Source: Camelus dromedarius
Lineage: Eukaryota
DNA: 64,000 nucleotides
Direction of reading: 5' to 3'
Assembly: GCF_036321535.1 (NCBI RefSeq)
Contig: NC_087437.1
Span: 23,500,001 to 23,564,000, forward strand
Part shown: positions 27,701 to 39,540 of the stretch, one piece after another
Numbering within the stretch: the stretch's first letter is position 1
How the letters are laid out: each line of letters starts with the position of its first letter
The notes under the pieces: model-generated
Seen by the model: the letters and a program-made list of their open reading frames with translations, nothing else
The model's database searches: none
What the model was told of the DNA's origin: nothing
Position numbers and translations under genes: made by a program

Positions 27701-29369
27701 AGAAAGCAGTGAACAAAGCATTCAAAGACAACATCAGTCAAAACCTTCTCTTAAGGAGAGGAAAAGAGAAAAATACGTACATACTAGACAGTACAGATGA
27801 TAAATTTCTGAAAACAATGGCAAGAACTTCTTAAAAGGCAACATTCTTTGAAAGTTAAAAGCAAAAAATGGAGTTGATCTTTTGAGTCTTGTCTTAACTC
27901 TTTAAAAATATTGAAAACATTTTTTAACCTAGTAATCAGCAAATATCCCTCTGGATAGAATGAAAACAGTATCAGACCCAAAGTGACTATTTTCATTCCC
28001 TGATTATACAGTCCACAGTGCTGAAGGTTGTTATAAACCATTTGAAACAGCCTTCAAATGATGCCTTTAGACAGGAATTAATCTACCAATGACCATTTGG
28101 AATGAAGCATCTTCTGGAGAAATATCTCACAACAAATACTGATTTAAATAGAAACTGATAGATTAAAGGAGTCTTGTCTGTTTTGTTTGTTTTCCTATAA
28201 AGATACATCTGAAAATTCTCCAGTCCCGTAAAAGGGTATCATGGCTTCCTCTTTTGCATGACCGGAACAGTTGACCAATACTAGGCAGTGTGTGCGTGTC
28301 TGTTTCTACCAGAAGAGGACGCTGCTAGAGGACAAGGGTGGGACTTTATTTACTCTAGCATCTCAGAGCACTTAGCTCCACAGGTAAGTGTGCTTCAAAC
28401 AAGTGCTGAAGTGACAGAATTTTCATCTTAATAAAACAGAGCATCCTTGAGACCAGTGTCGTGTCAAATGCAAAAAAGAAAAAAACAAAAACAAAAAAGC
28501 AAACAAACAAAAAAATCCTCCAAAGCATTTAAAATAACTTGAGTCTTAGAGAAATTTCTCTTGAGGAAGGTGGTAAACAAAAAGGACTAACTTCTCTACA
28601 AGCTCTTGCTTCTCTACCAAACCCCCTCTTATAAAAGCAGCTGCTTATTGTCTTTCTTGCTCCTACCCCTTTTCCTCCACTTTTCAAATTCCCAAGAGGA
28701 TCTACAGTGTTCAAGCTGTTGCTGTTTTCTTACCTTGCCCCTTCATAGATGTTTGTTCCTCGATTTCACCCCATAGCCTTTCTGCACCATTCTAGTCTCT
28801 CTTAGTTTCCCACCGTTCTCATCATCTCCCCTCCCACAGGCAAAACCAGATCCTACTAACCTCTTAACACTGACCAGGCAACCAAAATGCTCCTCCTCTT
28901 TAGACAACTAGAGAGAGCAGATGAGCACAAATGCTCAGGGTGGTTTTCTGTTTGCTGTTTGGTATTTGTTGTTTTTATTCATCTCTGTCACAAGGAAAAG
29001 ACCTGTGGGTTGAAAATGTCTACCTTGAAAATTTTTGAGGGAAAAAACAGCGAAGACATTTATTAAACACAATGATGTTCAGCAGCTGCAGATCTCTGTG
29101 CAGGAACAGGCAGAGCCAGGGAACCATCACTTACACTGTCATAAACAAAAGGTCCCGGAGTAGTTGGATTACACCAAGAAAAATAAACACAAACATACAC
29201 TCTAGCCAGTGTTTAGGTGGGCTCCTAATGCTCTGGCCAGTACTTAGGAGAGTAAAATCAAAATGAAATGTTAGCAGGATGTTAAAAATTTAGGGATTAA
29301 GGTGTCTTATCTCAGTTTTCCCTTAATTGGCAAGCAGGAGATACCCTGATTCCTTCAGTGGCCAACACC

Positions 29370-29501
29370 ACCAGTGGGACTGTGGGTCCTACTCACTCTC
29401 ACGTTTTCAAACTTTTTATCTGGCATTTACCATCTCCCTTATATTGCCCCCTTCTCCACTGGATCCTTTCCATCAGTATACACATATGTTTTAACATTTC
29501 C

Positions 29502-29572
<71 letters not shown>

Positions 29573-30930
29573 AATATATATATTATATATATATTTCCTA
29601 TAATATATATATATATCATATCATATATATATAGGAAATACATATATATATAAAACTTGCTTAACCCCACATTTACTCCATATTACTGCCCATTTCTCTG
29701 TTTCCTTCACTTAGAAAAATGACTGAAAAAACCTAACACCTTGTCAGTCTTCTTGAAACAACCCATCGCTTGGCTTTCATGACAATACACACTAGGTGAT
29801 TTTCTTCTTACCTCACTAGAATTGTCTTCTAATTCTCCTTGGCTGATGCCTCCTCCTTGACTATAATATAGGTTGAAATAAATCAGAGCTTTATCCCAGG
29901 CCAATTTCTCTTCTCTGTCTGTCTACACAGTGTACGTAAGTTGTATTATCTATCTAGTCCAATGACTTTAAACAACCTCATTGTGCAAAATGCTCCCAGA
30001 AATCCTACAGTCATATACCAGACTGCCTTCTTGCCATCTTCACATGATTGTCTAAATGGCATCTTAAACGTGTTGGGCAATATAAAACTCTGAATTTTTC
30101 CTTGTAAATTTGTTCTACCTCATTCTGTTCTATTCTAATAAAGAGCACAACTCTGTTCTCAGAAGTATCCTCCTAACTCAACTCTCTGCTCCCTGCTTAC
30201 CACCCTTTGATCTTTTTGCAGTAGAATTTCCATAAAATAGACAAGGTAATATTTTCAAATGTAAATCAGATCATGTCACTTCTCTGCTCTAAAAATTCCA
30301 ATGGCTTCCTTTGAAAGTTAAAACAAAATCTAAACTTGTTATCCTGGCTTACAAAGCTCTAAATGATCTACCTCTTTGCTTTGAAACTCAACCCGCTGAC
30401 CTACCTTGCCCAGCATCCTTTTATGAGTGTGGCTTTCTTTAGACTTTTTTCAGTGTTACTGAGCTGAGGTCTGTTTATGGATTTTGCAAAAGCTGTTCCA
30501 TCCAAATTTGGTTGTATGAGCGTTTTCTCAAATATATCAGTAGTAATGTTTAAACTGCAAGCATCACCAGAAAGCCTTGTGAATTCCAAATTCTGAACAT
30601 GTTTACTTACCAAGCAAGGTTGACTCACACAGGTCCTCACTATGACCTTCACAAGGCTGGCTCCTTCTCATTATTCATGTGCTGACTTAAATGTCACCTC
30701 TTCAGGTGACTATAAGAAGTCACTCAGTGGCTCTCTATTACATCACTCTTTCTAATTTCTTTATATATCACTCAGCACTAGGCTAAGATTGTGCTTTTGT
30801 CTATTTATCGTTCTTCTGTCTCCTCTAACTAGAATATACTCTCTATGCGAACAGAGATTTTGACCTTTTTGTTCTTGGTTGTTCCAAGACCTGTGCCTGG
30901 CCCAGAGCAGGCACTCCAGAAATACTCATT
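29370..30930 (+). mobile_element. Long L2 fragment with an ORF2 (RT-region) remnant and 3' end
   Basis: The translated segment FSTGSFPSVY resembles the L2 ORF2 motif SLSTGSFPSA. TCAGATCATGTCACTTCTCTGCTC...CCAATGGCTTCC and the 3' end GTGCCTGGCCCAGAGCAGGCACTC are also present. Interrupted by a TA array. Confidence 0.85.
29505..29652. repeat. Compound (TA)n microsatellite with about 27 perfect units at 29505-29558
   Basis: Seen directly in the sequence. Confidence 0.95.
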
Positions 30931-31161
30931 GCCTTTACTGCATTCCTTATGCATCTAGCATGGTGCTTGGGTCATATTTTAAATTTAACAATAGCTTCCA
31001 AATGTTCGTATTTTTCTGGGTCAATTTTGTACCCTTTATATTTCCATAGTAACCAACCCTTAAATATTTAGACTGCCCCCGCTCCGTTTCTTGTTGTGAA
31101 AAAGAAAACTATAGTGATGGAACACATAAGAGTTCCTTTAATAGGAATTAACAAAGAGAAC

Positions 31162-32160
31162 TGTCAGGGAGGAAGAAGTGTTTCTCTACTTCTTTTTAGG
31201 TTATTCTGGCTTGTCCAAGTATTAAACTGGCATGAGACAGATTAGCAGGAAAAAAATTGAAAGTTTGATTACATGTATACATGGGAGAGATCCAGAAAGA
31301 CTAAATAACTTGCCAAAATGGCTGAAATCCTCACCTTAAATGCCATCTTTAGCAAAAGATAAAAGAGGGTGTTGGAGGTAGTGGTTTGGGACTTTAAAGG
31401 GGAGGAAGGCAATTCACATAGAGATGAGATAACAATGTGAATAAATGTTCGCTGGGCCATGTGGAGACTGAGACACAGAGAGGAATTTTAATGGACTTTG
31501 CTAGATTCCTTCCTGTCTACGCACCTCAGTTCATACTATAGTTATCTATGGTGATAGCTCCCTTCTTGGAACAGGTCCTCTATCTACATTCTTTTATGCA
31601 GTTAAAGGGAAGGTTAAAGGTTCTTCTTGAGTCTTTCAGACCTTAATTGTTTTCAGCTCGAAGTAATTCTCATACCGTTGCTGGAGAATAGGTTCCTGCC
31701 TCGCGAAGGGAAAAATTCAAAAGCAAGGCGTAGTGAAGTGAAAGCAAGTTTATTTAGAGAGATACACACTCCACAGACAGAGTGTGGGCCATCTCAAAAG
31801 GTGAGAGGGAGAGAGGCCAAGAGGTGTAGGGGTGTTTAATTTAAAGTAGAATTAGATGCATGCTTCATAGACAGAGTACAGGCTATCTCAAAAGGCAAGA
31901 GAGAGAGCGAACACAAAGTGCAGGGTCCAAAAGGTCCAAAAGGACCTTTTATGGTCAGCCTGGGAACTGTCACAGTGCCTGTGGGTGTGCCATGAGGCTC
32001 AAGGTCTACTGGGAGTTGAACCTTCCACCATCTTGGTTCTAACCAGTTTTCTTGTCCTCAGTTGCTGTGTCTTTCCTTCAGTGATTGTGACCTGGCCCCA
32101 TCCCTCCTGTCTCAGTACCAAAGAGACACATTTTGGAGTGGCAGATTTTGCTCCCCTGCA
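31162..32160 (-). mobile_element. MER34/MER39-group ERV1 solo LTR split by a younger LTR
   Basis: TG...CA termini. Joining 31675 to 32119 restores AAGTAATTCTCATACCAAAGAGACACATTTTGGAGTGGC, the reverse complement of a MER34-type 5' end. TSD GAAC/GAAT. Confidence 0.85.
31676..32114 (-). mobile_element. ERV1-class solo LTR nested in the MER34/39-like LTR
   Basis: The minus strand starts TGAGACAGGAGGG, has CCAAGATGG, and has AATAAA near the 3' end (TTTATT at about 31749 on +). Flanked by a 4-bp TSD ATAC/GTAC. Confidence 0.85.
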
Positions 32161-33451
32161 GAATTCTGTGGTATCTCTAGAAAAAGACGCAAAAGAAAGA
32201 AAGAAAAATCTTTAGGCAGTTTACATCTTAGAAAAAAATATGGTCAATGCCTTTATTTGGACAGGTATAATATATACTCTGAAGATTTTCTTTATGTATT
32301 GCCAAAAGGTAATAGTAAACAAAAACAAAGTCAAACAAAAAGTGTGAGTAGTGACTCTATTTTCCAATGTAGAGTCAGGTTCACGTGTCTTCAAAAGTAT
32401 TCTCCTTTTTATCACTGCATTTCCTATTTCTACTTTCTACTTGTAATTTTGCATTACTTTCGAGAATTACTATATTCTGATGAAAGTGATAGGAAATGTG
32501 TAGATGCTTTAGTTACTATTTTTAACTGGTTTCATTCTCTACATTCATATACCTTACGTTTTTTTAACTCAATATACTATCAGAAATTAATTGCATCCTA
32601 AGCATCTTAATAGATATAAAAATCTAAATCCAAAGGAAATATGTGTTCTATCCTCAGTGATAGCTGCATAATTTCTATATAGAAGAGGCTTAAAGAAGCA
32701 GTCAAATTGCAAGGAATGGCTGAATTACTTGTCTTGAAATTACATCTCTACAAAAACACAATGCTTTGGTTGTGTTTTTATTTGTGGTGTTTGCATTAAA
32801 CTAAGGAGAATGTGGAAGAGAGGACTAAAGCTTTTTCACCCTCTCTGTTCCATCACAATACTCTTGTCTAATCTTTTAAGAGAGGGTTTTGTTTCTGTGA
32901 GACTTCTTTCTTTCTTTTTTAAATTTAAAATTAAAGGTCAAAATAGCGACTTGCTGAGAAAACTTGAGTCAAACTTATAATGAATCATGTTTTATCTCCC
33001 CAAATAACTGAAATTAACTTCTTTCTTTGATCATGTAAGCTTTTTTCTCATAAAATATCAGTGATTAATGTTTAAATTACTATAATCATCAGAAAGCCTA
33101 ATGCATTTACAATTCAGAATAAGCTCATTTACTAAGCAAAATTGACTTACAAATTTGTTCCCCTTTTCACACTATTGTATATTAAATGTCAACCAGTATT
33201 TAGTGAAAGTGAAATGTCAAGTGTCAAATGTCTGCAAAACAACTTACTAAGTGGTGAGTGGACCAGGTCAGTTTTCCTCACAAGGAAATGCATTTGTTAG
33301 TTCTTGGTAAAAGGTGACGTTACAGCATGAAAGAAGGAAAGGATAAACCCTGATGAATATGCACAGAATGTGGGTAACAAATGATTTTATGGTGTAGACC
33401 ATACACGAAGTAGTTTGCTAAGTTTCAGACTCTTACATTCTTAATGAGGAT

Positions 33452-33875
33452 TGTTCAGCAATAGTCAGTATTGAGGTTGCAAAGAGCAAAAGAGTTTTAT
33501 CTGGAGATCTTAAGAATTGCAATTTGGGAGACACACATTTGGATAAAATCAAAAGAGTGTCTTGGGGAACAGAAAGAGTCGGGGGCTTATAAAGGCAAAA
33601 GCCACAAGGTTGTACTCTGATTCAAAAAAAAAGAGAAAGAGAAATATTTGTCCTTAAGGGAGAGGCAGTCATGAGTTATTTTAGGGTAAGGGTCTTACAA
33701 GTATCCCGAGTTTCTGGCAGATGTGCTGGATGCATTTGTTAGACAATAAGTGGGCAAAAGTTCAGATTCCATCTAGGCTGAAATGTGTCTAAGTCACACT
33801 TCCTCAGTGGCCTCCCTGCTCCACCTTAGAGAGCTCTCTTAGCAATACCAACTCCATTTTGATTTCCCTTTTACA
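33452..33875 (-). mobile_element. ERV1-class solo LTR
   Basis: TGT...ACA termini with a perfect 4-bp TSD GGAT (33448-33451 and 33876-33879). The minus strand has AAAATGGAG near the 5' end and a TATA-like TTTATAAG. Confidence 0.88.
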
Positions 33876-34632
33876 GGATGATTCCTTAAAATATCTCTTG
33901 GAGAGAAAAGGCTTTAAGTGAGAAAACACATTGCCCCTCAGAATAATGATAAAGGTGGAGCTAAGTTCTAGGCTTATGTTTTCACCTCAATTTATCTGTT
34001 CTGAAATCGGAACAGTTTGGTAAAATATTCCAAGAAAACCAGGAAAAATTTATAACAAGAACGGGTTCCACCTAAGACAGCTCTTTGTCATAAAGACAAG
34101 GGGAAAGTTAGTTGGTAAAATCTCCTTGTATGTGTTAAAGTAATTGCATTTTAATAAAATCTTTTGTTTTAACATACATACTTTATAGGAGCGTGTGCTA
34201 TTATAAACATACAAATCCATGGGTGGTGATAATGCCCCATGAAAACCAACTACTCTGATTTTAGGAACACTCAAGTTTTCGCTGTCAGGACATGTGAATC
34301 ATCATTTTTATACAGAAGTGAATTTTATTCCCTCACATGAAGCCTCCCATTTTGGGATGCCTTCCCTTGAAAGCTAAGCTGTCTTTTAGTTAATTAATAT
34401 TTGACTTTTGAATGATGTCCCACTGTAGCTCCCATAACAGGATAATTGGCATATTGATCAGACTTTCAACATTATTTTATTTCATCTCAATAAGATATTC
34501 AAAAATATTGAAATGGGTATGTGAAAGTTAGTTTTCCATGATGTGTTTGAGCATACTTTAGAGAAATTGAGTGTTTTCTCAGGTATTTTAGGTAAAATGA
34601 TCTATTTAAAAACTTGATAGTTTGAAGATGCA

Positions 34633-34938
34633 TTTTTTTATTAAAATATAATCAATTTACAATATTGTGTTAATTTCTGGCGTACAGCATAGTGATTCAG
34701 CTGTGTGTGTGTGTATATATGTATATATATGTGTATATATATATATATATTCCTTTTATTATTCTTTTTCATTATAGGCTATTATAAGATACTGAATATA
34801 GTTTCCTATGCTATACAGTAGGATCTTATTGTTTATTTATTTTAGATATAGTAGTTAGTATCAGCAAATCCTGAAATTCCAATTTATCCCTCCAGCCCCC
34901 TTCCCTCCTGGTTATGAGAAGTTTATTTTCTATGTCTG
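34633..34938 (-). mobile_element. 5'-truncated cetartiodactyl-type L1 3' end with an internal TG/TA microsatellite
   Basis: TTTACAATATTGTGTTAATTTCTGGCGTACAGCATAGTGATTCAG...TATAGTTTCCTATGCTATACAGTAGG. Degenerate TSD TTGAAGATGCA / TTGAATATGTA. Confidence 0.88.
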
Positions 34939-37900
34939 TTGAATATGTACATTTTCAATAAAGCAATAGGGTCAGTGATTACTACTTTCAGTTTGGGTTT
35001 GGATGAAAAAATCAATGACTCATTACAAATGTCTTTCATGGTGAGCACACATGAGGATTATTCATTGATTTATGAGCCGCGCCTCTGTGTGGGGCCTGTG
35101 GCTACTGACAGCATGACGCTTAGACTGCACTTGACCACACACGTGCTCCGTGAGCTGCCTGCTCTTAGACCTGCGTCAGGCCCCGCTGGCCAAGGTGATG
35201 CTTTGCCCACAGTCCAGGACTGGACCCCATGCTTGGTGCTTAAAGGGGGTTTTCATTACCTATGGTGGTCATTACTCAATGGGAGTTCCTTATTTACCAA
35301 GATCACAGGTATTCTGAAACCAGATGCTCCAACATGTGCAGTTCAGCATCCTGCTATTTCTGTGAGCCTCACCGCCATTCTGAAACAGTGGCTGAGCACA
35401 GCAAAAGGATTTTTAAACACCTTAGTACTGGGCACTGAAAGACAGCATAATGTCACCTCTGACTCTGTGCTGATGAAAATCTTTCACACTGACTGTGGTA
35501 GTTTAACTGTACCCGAGAACACAGGATGCAACACTTGGCTGCAAAACCCTTCTTGTGAAATTGAACTGAAATTTGATTTTGTTTATGTTCATCCTTGCTA
35601 TTTAAAATGTGTAAATGAGCACTTTGCTAAAAATATATTATTTTCCCATCTTTCTTGTTTATTATAGTATCATAAATATGTTGACAGTGTTCTCTACCAG
35701 GCTTGTCAACTGTTGAGAAATCTAATGCCATCTTAATGTGATTTAAATGTTATCAGTGATTGGGTTTTTCCTGCTTACTGTTTCATTTCTTAAATCAGGA
35801 TACTTTGGTCTGCCCTTCTCCTGCTTTGAAGTCTTTGGTTCTTGTACGTGAAGAAGAATCCACTTTGTAGGACACTTAATCCATAGCTATTTTTAGTTGT
35901 AAAATTTTAAATAAGGTTCTCAGAGGTTGGCAAAATTATATTGGATTTCAAGATCTCTACTGGAATCCTTTAAACTTGTCATTTTCAGATGCTTTTTTAT
36001 TTTTTAACATTACCAGCGAGCAGTAACATGTTTGCACCATATTGACTGCTCTGAAGGTATCCCGTGGCATATGTAAAACTAAAAGCCTGAATTTCCATGA
36101 GCTCAAAAATACATTTTTATTTTCCCTCTTGAGAAAATAACAAAGCCAGTATATCTGTTCTGTATTATTCTGTTTTTCTGCATTCAATTCTACTTTAGAT
36201 TTATGAGAGGAAATAAAAAAATTCTAGTCAATGTAGAAAAAAATTAAATAGTGAGACTCATAAGTTTTCTAAGGGAAGTTCTGCAAATTTGTGAAAAGAC
36301 AGGGAGAAAATTCCTAATTAACTAATTTTTTATTGAAGCTAATGATTATTGTTCCATGTGTTTTTCTAAAAGCGTATCTGAATTAAAAATGTATGTAGGA
36401 GAAACTTGGCTTAAAATAAAATTAAGGAGAACAATGAACAAGATTCTGCTAAGAGTGAAAACCAGGAACTAACTACTTAGATCACATGAATGTCATATCT
36501 TGAAACATTAACTTGGAAAAAAAAAAATATATATATATATATAGTTTCTTTGCTTTCTTTTTCTTGGGTCATCTAGTTAAATAAGAATGACTTGTTTTTC
36601 TGTAAGAATTGTTTTCCTCTTTTTCATATGTACTTTAAAAAATTAAAGCCTGCCAAGGCAGATTTCCGTTTCTGGGCAGCAAGGCAAATTTCTTCTCCTG
36701 CCACAAAACACCTAGAGGTTGGACAAACTACAACAAAAATATTTCTAAATGACTTGCCAAACTGCAAACCCAAAGGGAGCATAAGAAATTTGCAAGAATT
36801 TCCCTCTACCTGCACCTCTACTCCCCTTACACACACAAACACACACATTCACAAAGGAATCTGCAAGCAAACTGATAAACAATCCAGGGAGCTGAAATTG
36901 CCCTGTAGGCAGCTGTCAAATGCAGGAAACAGATTTTGGATGTTAGCAGCTTGTGAGGGATGTGAGCATGGGTCTTAGCCTAGTATTTTCTTACCCTAAT
37001 AGAATGAGAAAGATAACCTGACATCCCAAGTAAAACTGAGACTCTGAAAAGATACACCTTAACTTAAAAGTGTGGTCTTAAAAATTCATATCTTAAAACA
37101 TACACACACATATATATGAATGTAATATGTAGATATAGATGTAAATAGATAGTTAGACTTTTTTTTAAAGCAAAGTGACTTCCCATTGACAAAACAAGCT
37201 AAACTTTTCTTTCAATTCTAGCTGATGCTCCAAGTGAGAAAATGACAAATGACCAAAACCATCACAATAATACTTTCCCCTAACAATTTGTGACAGATTA
37301 CTGTCACACAATGTTCTTTGATTTGAATTAATATTACCATCATGATTTGGAAAGTTCCAAATCGATCAATTAGAATGTAGCCTGGGTTTGTAGTCCCATT
37401 CCCACTCCATGTCTGTAGAAGGAAATTGAATCTACACATCTGTCTATTCAAGGTTTAAGGCAGATAGGTTAGCAAAATACGAGCCCCCCCGCCAACAAAA
37501 TCCAAGCACAAGACACAAGAGGAAAGAAATTCTAATGAACTACTGTGAAAATAATGCCGCTTCTGCTGCTTCTGGGAATAATAATCATCATAGAGTCCTG
37601 AGAGCACTTTAGATGATGGAATGTTAGTTTCTTTTCAAAATAACATTATTTTATCTGCCAATTTATACTAAAACAATTGTGTTTGATGTTCGTATTTTTA
37701 TAAATTTTCTTTTTTGTGATATATTTTTAAATTGCGCTATTTGAACTATGTTAAATATTTGGTTTCACTAAATTAAAAGAAAAAGATTTATGCTCAAATA
37801 TGTGTTCATCCAACTTAGTGTATCCACACCCATGGGTATGTCTCCACAGCTACCTAAATTCTCCTCCAGATGTCGAGAAAAAATTTCCCAGTCCTTTTCA

Positions 37901-38269
37901 CTCCACTCAACAATTGCCTGATCTCTGAACCTGAGGTGCAGCAATTATTTCCAGTTTTTACATTTTAACTTTATTATTTCTATTGCTACTTTATACCTGT
38001 ATAGACATGGTTTTTAATACTTCAACTCTGCATCCATCCAAATGTAATGAAGTTCCTCAGAAGAGATTTCATTCACTTTATCTACTTGTTCCTCGTTGAA
38101 TTTTTAAAAATGATACTTTTGTTAAATATAAGATTAATAAGGAAGTCCATTATTGATCATTTTGAGATTACTTATAATGGGACTTTTATTTTTACCTGCT
38201 TAATTGGTGGAAGATTGAGAGAATTCTTATCACTGCTATTTTTATTATTACTATTATTTTATTGTTACT

Positions 38270-38860
38270 CATTCTTGTTTCAGTAGCTTTAGTGAGGTAT
38301 AATTTTCCCACAATACACTGTACATATTTATATAATTTGATAAACTTTAACATATATATTCATTTGTCAAAAAATCACCCCATAAATTTTCTGGTGTCTC
38401 TTTATAAACCCTCCCTTCTCACTACTCTGTACTGTCTTGCATTGTCAGCAACTGATCTGCTTTGTTCACCATATGGATTTGTGGATCATATAGAAAACAT
38501 TAATTTTCTAGAATTATATGTAAATGTAATCATACAGTATATATTCAGTTATCTCATCCTGGCCTTGAGCTACTGCTGCCATACCATTTACTTTATACAT
38601 ATATTTTAATTATTTTTGCTTAAATATCAATTACATTTGAAAGAGATTAATAAGAAAAAAATCTTGCCTTTATGTCAAAGTAGTTACCATTTACAGGGTT
38701 TTTTTTGTTTCTTTGCATAGAACCAGATTTCCACGTGGGATCATTTTCCTTCTGCTGAAGGACTTCCTTTAACATTTTTGTAATACATATCCACTGCATA
38801 TGAATTCTTCCACTTTTTGTGTATCTGAAAAGTCTTTGAATGGTTTGATTTTCATTTTTC
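38270..38860 (-). mobile_element. Old L1M fragments (3'UTR plus ORF1-end region)
   Basis: TTTCTAGAATTATATGTAAATGTAATCATACAGTAT and CATTTTCCTTCTGCTGAAGGACTTCCTTTAACATTT. Confidence 0.75.
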
Positions 38861-38864
38861 TTCA

Positions 38865-39030
38865 CCATCTACTAGCTGTGGGACCTTGGGCAATTTCTCT
38901 TCAGCTCATTCTGCATGTGTAACATAAAGATAGTAATGCTACACACTTTAAAGGATTGTCTTGAAAAGTAGTTAGTGCATATAAGTCACTTAAATACTGC
39001 TTGATATATAGTAAACTCTCAGTAAATGTT
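38865..39030 (+). mobile_element. MIR
   Basis: TACTAGCTGTGGGACCTTGGGCAA core and a MIR-like tail. Confidence 0.75.
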
Positions 39031-39089
39031 TTAAATTATGGGAGTGTCTGGGGACAAGTGATAATGATCTGAGCAGTTCTGACTTAACC

Positions 39090-39540
39090 CATTATGATAT
39101 CTGTTGGTTGCTTAACAGGAAATCCAGAAAGAGGTAGATCTAGGGTTTATTTTTCAGCTCAATGATAGAACAAAAGTCTGACATCTCAGTGATTTTTCTC
39201 TGTTATGGAACACAAAATATTTCTTTTACCTCCAAATATTACATTTTTATAGCAATTAAGGAAAGAGGGATGAAATAACACAAATAAGCCACCTTTGCAC
39301 TCCTGTCCCATTTTCTCTGGAAGATTTTTTTTTTCCTGACACCCTCCTAGTAGGCCTTCCTTCACTGGGTCACTGGGCAGAACCCTGTCATATGGCCATT
39401 AGCTCCAAGTGAGTGTATTCTTCAGGGAAGCTGATTAATGATGAGCCAAATGTGATTCATTGTTGGGACTGGCCATTATGGTACCTGTATTAAAGTGGAG
39501 ATATTTTCATAAGGCAGAAGGGAAAGTAATTAATAAGTAA
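39090..39540 (-). mobile_element. Old MaLR LTR (MLT1J/K-like)
   Basis: CAGCTCAATGAT and CACTGGGCAGAACCCTGTCATATGGCCA motifs. Boundaries approximate. Confidence 0.6.

Noticed and set aside
28313..28389. Exon-like segment with acceptor TTTCTACCAG and strong donor CAG|GTAAGT
   Set aside because: The sequence is a degenerate L2 3' end, and the 71-nt length and peptide are uninformative.
29358..29634. ORFs with YIYIYI tracts
   Set aside because: They are translations of the (TA)n microsatellite plus L2 remnant.
32062..32601. 179-aa ORF
   Set aside because: It starts at TTG, has no ATG, begins inside two LTRs and encodes a low-information peptide with no recognisable domain.
36592..36978. 128-aa ORF
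   Set aside because: It overlaps probable old L1 5' sequence and a CA repeat, with no coding signature.
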